DNA from: Tannockella kyphosi
GTDB taxonomy: Bacteria; Bacillota_I; Bacilli_A; Erysipelotrichales; Coprobacillaceae
Direction: 5' to 3'
Length of the DNA stretch: 32,000 bases
NCBI RefSeq assembly: GCF_021054785.1
Contig: NZ_CP088239.1
Coordinates: forward strand, 2,070,001 to 2,102,000
The number at the start of each line of letters is the position of its first letter. Position 1 is the stretch's first letter. Position numbers and translations under genes: made by a program. The notes under the pieces were generated by a model. It saw only the letters and a program-made list of their open reading frames with translations. It had not been told where the DNA came from and did not search any database. Positions 8,139-15,300 of the stretch are shown piece by piece.

Positions 8139-10001
8139 ATGTATGACATAATAGTAGTTGGTGGAGGACATGCAGGAGTCGAAGCAGCTCTAGCACCAGC
8201 AAGAATGAATAAAAAGGTAGCGTTAGTTACATCAAATATTAATAATATTGCTTCTCTTCCATGTAATACTTCTATTGGAGGACCTGCGAAAGGTATTATT
8301 GTTCGTGAAATAGATGCTCTTGGTGGCCAAATGGGTATTACTGCAGATCAAACCTATTTACAAATGAAAATGTTAAATACTGCAAAAGGACCAGGTGTAC
8401 AATCACTACGTGCTCAAGCAGATAAAGTAGAATATCCTAAAATGATGTTAGAAACAGTAAAAAATCAAGATAATCTAACAATCATAGAAGGAATGGTAGA
8501 AGATTTAATAATAGAAGATAAAGAAGTAAAAGGTGTTATTTTAAGTGATGGTACAAGATATGATGCTAAAATTGTTATTTTAACAACAGGTACTTATTTA
8601 AAAGCAGAAATTTTAGTTGGTGCAACCAAAGTACCTAAAGGACCAGATGATCAAGAAGAATCAAAACATTTATCAGATAACTTGGAACAATTAGGATTTA
8701 GAATACAACGTTTAAAAACAGGAACACCTCCTAGAGTCCATAAAGATAGTGTTGACTATTCGAAAACATCATTACAACCAGGAAGTGATAGCTTCTTAGC
8801 TTTTAGCTTTGAAACAACTTCATGGACTCCTGTAGAACAACAAACACCATGTTACTTAACCTATACAAATGAAACAACACATCAAATCATTAAAGACAAC
8901 TTACATAAATCAAGTATGTATTCTGGATTAGTAAAAGGAGTAGGACCTAGATACTGTCCATCAATAGAAGATAAAATAGTAAAGTTTTCTGACAAACCAC
9001 AACATCAAATCTTTTTAGAACCAGAATCAAAAGAAATGGATACTATTTATGTCCAAGGATTTTCTTCCTCATTGCCTCATGACGTCCAAGACATTATGAT
9101 TCGTACGATACCAGGATTAGAAAACTGTGAAATTTTAAAGTATGCTTATGCAATAGAATATGATGCAATTGATCCAATGCAATTAAAACCATCCTTAGAA
9201 ACAAAAGTAATAAAGCATTTATATACAGCTGGACAAATCAATGGAACAAGCGGATATGAAGAAGCAGCAGCACAAGGATTAATAGCAGGTATTAATGCAA
9301 CCTTATATTTAAATAACAAAGAACCGATAGTATTAAAAAGAGATGAAGCATATATTGGTGTAATGATTGATGACTTAGTAACCAAAGGAACAGAAGAACC
9401 ATATCGTATGTTAACAAGTCGCGCTGAATATCGTTTATTAATAAGACATGATAATGCGGATAGTCGTTTAAGAAAGTACGGATATGAGAGTGGTTTAGTT
9501 AGTAAGGAAGTATATCAAAGATATGTTGATAAGATGGAAAGAATTCATCATGAAATAGAACGTCTTCAAACTATTCGTTTTACTCCTAAATCACCGATCA
9601 ATGATGTATTAGAACAATATAATTCAGCTAGATTAACAGAAGGAATCAGTGCAAAAGAATTAATTCAAAGACCAGAAATGAGTTATGAATTAGTATTACC
9701 TTTTATTGAAGATCAACAATTAAACCAAGAAGAAAAAAATAGAATTACTATTTTAATTAAATACAAAGGTTATATTGATAAAGCAAGAAGACAAGCAGAT
9801 AAACAAAAGAAAATGGAAGAAAAGAAAATTCCAGAAGATGTAGATTATCAATCTATTGCGAATCTAGCATTAGAAGCAAAACAAAAACTAGAAGCAATAC
9901 GTCCTCTAACAATTGGACAAGCTAGTCGTATATCAGGAATTAATCCTGCCGATATATCGGTATTATTAATTTATCTACGTCAAACATATAATGAGGAATA
10001 A
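8139..10001 (+). CDS. mnmG: tRNA uridine 5-carboxymethylaminomethyl modification enzyme MnmG (GidA)
   Basis: The start [17 protein letters not shown] (FAD Rossmann GxGxxG) follows a GGAGG RBS; the ORF-track N-terminal extension is rejected. 620 aa. [11 protein letters not shown] motif. Confidence 0.95.
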   Translation: MYDIIVVGGGHAGVEAALAPARMNKKVALVTSNINNIASLPCNTSIGGPAKGIIVREIDALGGQMGITADQTYLQMKMLNTAKGPGVQSLRAQADKVEYPKMMLETVKNQDNLTIIEGMVEDLIIEDKEVKGVILSDGTRYDAKIVILTTGTYLKAEILVGATKVPKGPDDQEESKHLSDNLEQLGFRIQRLKTGTPPRVHKDSVDYSKTSLQPGSDSFLAFSFETTSWTPVEQQTPCYLTYTNETTHQIIKDNLHKSSMYSGLVKGVGPRYCPSIEDKIVKFSDKPQHQIFLEPESKEMDTIYVQGFSSSLPHDVQDIMIRTIPGLENCEILKYAYAIEYDAIDPMQLKPSLETKVIKHLYTAGQINGTSGYEEAAAQGLIAGINATLYLNNKEPIVLKRDEAYIGVMIDDLVTKGTEEPYRMLTSRAEYRLLIRHDNADSRLRKYGYESGLVSKEVYQRYVDKMERIHHEIERLQTIRFTPKSPINDVLEQYNSARLTEGISAKELIQRPEMSYELVLPFIEDQQLNQEEKNRITILIKYKGYIDKARRQADKQKKMEEKKIPEDVDYQSIANLALEAKQKLEAIRPLTIGQASRISGINPADISVLLIYLRQTYNEE

Positions 10002-10003
10002 CG

Positions 10004-10708
10004 ATGACAAAACAACAATTCATAGAAGCATTACAAGAAAAAGGAATCAAAGTAACACCAAGACAAATGGAACAATTTGATCTTTATTATCATATTTTAG
10101 TAGAATGGAATGAAAAAATGAATCTTACTGCTATTACAAAAGAAGAAGATGTTTATCTAAAACATTTTTATGATTCTATTACAATTGCTTTTGATTTCTC
10201 ATTTAAAGATCAATCGATTGTAGATATTGGAGCAGGAGCAGGATTCCCTAGTATCCCATTAAAAATTATTTATCCAGAACTACAAGTAACTATTGTAGAC
10301 TCACTAACAAAAAGAATTACTTTCTTACAACACTTATTTCAACAATTACAGTTAGATAACTGTAAAGCAATTAGTGCCAGAGCAGAAGAATTTGCAGTAG
10401 ATCATAGAGAACAATATGATATTGCAATGGCTAGAGCAGTAGCACGTTTAAATATCTTAGATGAGTTATGTTTACCTTTAGTAAAAGTAGATGGATACTT
10501 TTTATCATTAAAAGGAAGACAAGCTGAAGTAGAAATACAAGAAGCTAAAAAAGGAATTGAAAAACTAGGTGGAAAGATTGAAAAACAAATATCTTTTAAT
10601 CTTGCTAATGAAGATGATCAAAGATGTAATATCATTATCAAAAAAACAAAGCAAACACAAAAAACATATCCACGTATGTTTTCAAAAATCAAAAAACAAC
10701 CTTTATAG
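10004..10708 (+). CDS. rsmG: 16S rRNA (guanine527-N7)-methyltransferase RsmG (GidB)
   Basis: 234 aa. SAM-binding DIGAGAGFPSIPLKI. Immediately downstream of mnmG (2-nt gap). Confidence 0.9.
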   Translation: MTKQQFIEALQEKGIKVTPRQMEQFDLYYHILVEWNEKMNLTAITKEEDVYLKHFYDSITIAFDFSFKDQSIVDIGAGAGFPSIPLKIIYPELQVTIVDSLTKRITFLQHLFQQLQLDNCKAISARAEEFAVDHREQYDIAMARAVARLNILDELCLPLVKVDGYFLSLKGRQAEVEIQEAKKGIEKLGGKIEKQISFNLANEDDQRCNIIIKKTKQTQKTYPRMFSKIKKQPL

Positions 10709-10716
10709 GAGAATCT

Positions 10717-11478
10717 ATGAAAAAAGTATATAAAGAAATAAATATCGATAAAATATATGCCAACGCAAATCAACCAAGAACAATATTTGATGAAGAAAAA
10801 ATAGAAGAATTAGCTCTTTCTATCGAAGAAAATGGATTATTACAACCAATCACTGTCCGTAAAGTGGCTGGTAATTTTGAAATAATTGCAGGTGAAAGAA
10901 GATATCGTGCTTGTAAAAAACTAGGTTTAAAAGATATCCCTTGTATTATTCAACAAATGAATAATCAGGATGTAGATGTAGTAGCAATTATTGAAAATAT
11001 TCAAAGAGAAAATTTATCAGTAATAGAAGAAGCAAAAGCATATCAAACACTATTATTAACCTATGGTTATACACAAAGTGAACTAGCAAGAAGAGTTGGT
11101 AAAAAACAAGCAACTGTTGCTAACAAACTAAGACTACTAAAACTAAGTGATCCTATCAAAGAATCACTAGACAAAAAAGAAATAACAGAAAGACATGCTA
11201 GAGCATTACTTTCTGTTGAAAAAGAGCAACAAGAAAAAGTATTACAAACAATTTTAGAAAAACAATGGAATGTAAAACAAACAGAAGAATTTATTGCAAA
11301 ACCTAAAGTGGAACCAAAACCTAAAGTAAAAAGGAAAATAGTTGCTAAAAACATCAAAATAGCAGTAAACACAATTCATCAATCTGTAAAAATGATCGAA
11401 AAAACAGGAACTAATTGTATTTATGAAGAATCAGAGAGTGATGACGAATTTGTTATGATAATACGTATAAAAAAGTAA
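10717..11478 (+). CDS. noc: ParB-family DNA-binding protein, Noc-like by position and C-terminus
   Basis: ParB box IIAGERRYRACKKLG, an HTH segment (YTQSELARRVGKKQATVANKLRLLKL) and a C-terminal NTIHQSVKMIEKTG...IIRIKK tail like Noc-type proteins. It sits after rsmG, as noc does in Bacillus. Confidence 0.7.
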   Translation: MKKVYKEINIDKIYANANQPRTIFDEEKIEELALSIEENGLLQPITVRKVAGNFEIIAGERRYRACKKLGLKDIPCIIQQMNNQDVDVVAIIENIQRENLSVIEEAKAYQTLLLTYGYTQSELARRVGKKQATVANKLRLLKLSDPIKESLDKKEITERHARALLSVEKEQQEKVLQTILEKQWNVKQTEEFIAKPKVEPKPKVKRKIVAKNIKIAVNTIHQSVKMIEKTGTNCIYEESESDDEFVMIIRIKK

Positions 11479-11543
11479 TACTTTCACACAATTATCCCAT
11501 AATACAGGTGTAATATGAACAAGAATTAACGGAGGAGAAGAAA

Positions 11544-11909
11544 ATGAAAAAAATTCTAAAACAACCAAAATTATCTTTATTCTTATATTTTATGGCTTTT
11601 ATCACTGTTATTTATGCAGCATATTGTTTCAATAGCACATTAGCATATATTAATGAAACATATGTAGGGTACTATATGTACACTTGGGCAGAGTATGGAA
11701 AAGACTTTATATTAATGTTATTCCAAACTATTGAAGCTTATCTTTTCTATGCAATTGTATTCTTTACTTTAGGAAGAGTTGTTTGTATGCTTGATCCTGT
11801 ATATGATTTTTCAGAAGACTTATTAGATGCTTTTGAAGAATTTGAAGACGAAGAAGAAGTTGAAGAAGACGAAGAAGAAGACGAAGAAGAAATTGAAGAA
11901 GAAGAATAA
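11544..11909 (+). CDS. Small two-TM membrane protein with a poly-acidic (D/E) C-terminal tail, unknown function
   Basis: 121 aa. GGAGGAG RBS. Two hydrophobic helices, then DAFEEFEDEEEVEEDEEEDEEEIEEEE. Followed by a strong terminator. Confidence 0.6.
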   Translation: MKKILKQPKLSLFLYFMAFITVIYAAYCFNSTLAYINETYVGYYMYTWAEYGKDFILMLFQTIEAYLFYAIVFFTLGRVVCMLDPVYDFSEDLLDAFEEFEDEEEVEEDEEEDEEEIEEEE

Positions 11910-11915
11910 AATGAA

Positions 11916-11944
11916 AAGCTACTAATCAAGGTAGCTTTTTTTTT
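11916..11944 (+). terminator. Rho-independent terminator
   Basis: AAGCTAC-taatcaag-GTAGCTT stem followed by 8 T. Confidence 0.75.
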
Positions 11945-12048
11945 ATTAAAATAGTGTGTATTTATTGGTCAAAATAGTGAAATACATACAAATATGATAT
12001 GAAAAATATATTTTTACATAAAAAAAACAAAAAATAAATGTAAATCAC

Positions 12049-12077
12049 TTGCTTTTTTTTTAAAAAACCAGTAATCT
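12049..12077 (+). promoter_or_regulatory. Possible promoter TTGCTT - 17 nt - TAATCT for the leader and chitinase gene
   Basis: Hexamers read directly. The -10 is weak. Confidence 0.3.
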
Positions 12078-12140
12078 AGAGGTGTAGATAGTGCCTGAAA
12101 GGGCTTACCTAGTATTACGGGAATTGACGAAACAAATCAA

Positions 12141-12216
12141 ATACATCGGTAAAACCATCGCGAGGTGGTGACACAAAACTATAGGGACTTAATATTTAAG
12201 TTAGCCAGCTGCAGCC
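12141..12216 (+). promoter_or_regulatory. Candidate GEMM-I (c-di-GMP-I)-like riboswitch aptamer core in the 5' leader of the GH18 gene
   Basis: CGGUAAA-ACCAUC-GCGA-GGUGGU-GACACAAAAC-UAUAGGG-ACUUAA-uau-UUAAGU-UAGCCAGCUG. There is a 6-bp hairpin with a GNRA (GCGA) loop at 12154-12169, then a GACxCAAAxC junction, then a second hairpin at 12187-12201 closed by ...AGCC. This parallels my recollection of the Vc2 core GGGCAAA-CCAUUC-GAAA-GAGUGG-GACGCAAAGCC. Confidence 0.5.
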
Positions 12217-12249
12217 ATTCAAAAGAATGATACGGTAGTTGGTTTTTTT
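12205..12249 (+). terminator. Intrinsic terminator in the leader (putative riboswitch expression platform)
   Basis: CCAGCTGC...(inner CATTC-aaaa-GAATG hairpin)...GTAGTTGG (8 bp, two G:U) followed by TTTTTTT. It lies ~95 nt upstream of the 12346 start codon, and its 5' arm overlaps the 3' end of the candidate aptamer. Confidence 0.7.
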
Positions 12250-12345
12250 GTTCGAAAAATTTGTACTTCCCCAAAATCTTACAAATTTTCGGATGAATAG
12301 TTAATAGGGGACAACTATTACAATCTAAATACTAAGGAGAAAACA

Positions 12346-15300
12346 ATGAAGAAAAGATTATTGTCATTAACTATGGTACTTGCTTTAGTAGCATCGTCGT
12401 TTTCGTCGTCACTAGGAATTTTAAATGTGGCTGCCGAAGCAACAACGACAACAACGACAACAACAACTACAACAAGCGAATATCGTAATGTTATGTATTA
12501 CGGAGACTGGTCTATCTGGGGTGGACAAGGAAACTTCTATCCAGAAGATATGCCAGCTGACATGTACACACACTTAAACTATGCATTTATGGACTTTACA
12601 GCAAGTGGTGATTTAGTATTCACTGACACTGATGCTGCAACAGCTGCAAGTTTAGGACAAGATGGAGTAACTTGGGGAGCAGTAAATGCCGGGTTATTAC
12701 CAGCGTTAACTAGCTTACGTGCAGATAATCCAAATATGAAAATTGGTATATCAGTAGGTGGTTGGTCAAAATCAGGAGACTTTTCAGCAATGGCTGCAGA
12801 TGATACAGCTCGTGCTAACTTCGTTAGCCAAATTGTTGCTTTCATAGAATATACAGGTATGGACTTTGTGGATATCGATTGGGAATATCCAGCATCAGTA
12901 AGAGAGCCAGATCTTGTAGATAACGCAAATGATGAAGGTACTCCAGACGCAACTGAAGCGGATAAAGAAAACTATATTATTTTACTTGAAGATTTAAGAG
13001 CAGCTTTAGATGAAGCAGGGGAAGAAACAGGTAAATATTATGAACTTTCAGTAGCGTTGCCAATTGACAGAACTAAATTAGAAAATGGTGTTGATGTTGA
13101 GGCAATGTTTGAAATTATTGATTTTGGGAATTTAATGACTTACGATGCAAGAGGTGCTTGGGATGAAACTTCAGGTCATCAAACTGCATTATATGGTAAT
13201 CCAGAAGATCCAATGTATGAATACGGATATAGTATCGACCAAACAGTTGATTACATGATCGAAAATGGTGCTCCATCAGAGAAATTAGTTATTGGTGCTG
13301 CTTTCTATACGCGTGGTTGGGAAACAGTAGCAGATGATGGTGGAATCGAAGAAAATCCAGGTTTATTCGGTACAGCTTCTGCAACTAATTTAGATGCTGA
13401 TCAAACTGCATCAAAAGGTGCTTCAAATGAAGCTGCTTTAAGTAATGGAGATGGTGGTAGAAATGGTGGGATTTGGTCTTACAATAGTATTGATACATTA
13501 AAATCCACTTATACAGGACTTGTCGAATATTGGGATGATGTAGCAAAAGCTCCATATTTATACAATGGAGAAGCATTCTTTACATATGACAATGTTGAAT
13601 CTATTACAGAAAAAGCAAATTATGTAATTGAAAATAACTTAGGTGGTATGATTTCATGGATGGCATCAAATGATGCAACTACTGATTCAACAGTAAGAGA
13701 TGAATTAACTACTGCAATTTATGAAGGTTTATATGGAACTGCATCTTTACCAGAAAATGAAATTATTGTTACACCATTAGATATTAGTGTTTCAGTATCA
13801 ACATATTCTGAATCATGGTCAGGAACTGGTTATGAAATAACTATTACTAACAATGAAGTAGCAGAAGAAACAAATGCAGTATTACAAGCTGTAGAAGCAC
13901 AAAAAGAAACAATCATGCTTCCAAAATTATATGTTGATACAGGTGGATTAACACTTTCATCAGGTGGTTATGGAGCAGGAACAGTAACAAATGAAGATGG
14001 AATTTCTATTGTAGATTTATCATCTGTTTATGACAACAAATTAATTGCACAAGGTGCAAGCATTACAATTCAATTAGCAGTATCAGGTGCTGATGAATTA
14101 TCAGTAGATGATTTACAATCAATTACGTTAGTACAAAGCACATACACTGGTGGACCAGAAATTAATCCACAAGTAATTTATGGTAGTGATGTACAAACTG
14201 AAGAAAATAGTGTACCAGTATTTAGTGGAACTTCTAATAGAACATTAGATTTCGGTACTGAATTTGATATCTTTGAAGGTGTAAGTGCAACTGATAATGA
14301 AGATGGAGATTTAACTTCTCAAATCATCGCAGTTGGAAGTGTAGATTCAAACACTGCTGGAACTTATACAATTGCTTATACAGTAACTGATAGCGAAGGT
14401 GCTACAGCTACAGCTTCTAGAACTATTACAATCAGAGATGAAGTAGTAGAACCAGAAGTAGAAGAACCAGAAGTAGAAGAAAATACTGCACCAGAATTAT
14501 CAGGTGTAGCAGATGCAATCATTGTTGATTTTGCTGGATACTTAGATTTATTAGCTGGAGTAAGTGCTAGTGATAAAGAAGATGGTGATTTAACAGATAG
14601 TATCGTAGTAACAGGAACAGTAAATACAGCAGTAGCTGGTGATTATGTAATCACTTATACTGTAACTGACTTTGAAGGTTTATCTGCTAGTGCAACATGT
14701 GTTGTAACAGTAGAAAAAGAAGAAATTGTTGAACCAGAAGAACCAGAAGTAGAAGAAAATACTGCTCCAGTAATTGCAGGAGTAAAAGATGAAACAGTTG
14801 ATTATGGTAGTGATTTTGATACATTAGCAGGAGTAAGTGCTAGTGATGAAGAAGACGGTGATTTAACTGATAGTATTAAAGTTGAAGGATCTGTAGATAC
14901 AAGCAAAGCAGGAGACTATACATTAACTTATAGTGTTACAGATAGCCAAGGAGAAACAGTTTCTATTTCTAAAACTGTTACAGTTCTTGAAGAAGAAGTA
15001 ACTCCTGAACCAGAAGTAGATGAAGATGATGAAGATGAAGATTCTATTTATGGTGTTGATAACTTAGACTTCGGTGTAGGTGATGGTATCGTATGGGAAA
15101 CTGGAGTTTTCGCTCCATTTGCTGATATGGGTGCTTGGGTAACTGATGCTGACTATTCAAATAACGGGGCTTTAGATTTAGGTCAAGTTATGGAAGATAC
15201 AGGAATCAAATACTTTAACTTAGGATTTATTAATGCAGTAGACGGTACAGTTGATGAAAATGGTGTATTAAATTGGGGATTCGGAGCTTACGAAGTATTA

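Noticed and set aside
7836-8171. 111-aa minus-strand ORF spanning the yabE-like 3' end, the terminator and the mnmG start
   Set aside because: It crosses a clear plus-strand terminator and promoter, overlaps two supported genes and has no recognisable motifs.
11747-11929. 60-aa minus-strand poly-Ser ORF (also 11067-11372, 16164-16349, 16749-16946, 24649-24849)
   Set aside because: These are reverse-complement shadows of GAA/GAG-rich acidic coding tracts, because the antisense of Glu codons reads as Ser/Phe.
12081-12140. Upstream GAAA-capped hairpin (12093-12104) plus GACGAAAC (12126-12133) as a second, tandem GEMM aptamer
   Set aside because: The order and spacing of elements do not follow the aptamer core: there is no GGxAAA junction before the hairpin, and GACGAAAC is ~20 nt away. 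It may simply be leader structure and is left unassigned.
12049-12345. Alternative classes for the GH18 leader (T-box, ydaO/c-di-AMP, TPP, glycine, c-di-GMP-II)
   Set aside because: There is no T-box sequence (…GGUGGNACCGCG…) or specifier architecture. There are no ACGGGGA/CCCGA pseudo-symmetric ydaO elements, no CUGAGA (TPP) and no GGAGAG...CACCG (glycine). The GEMM-I-like pattern is the only one I can align, and it remains unconfirmed without a covariance-model search.
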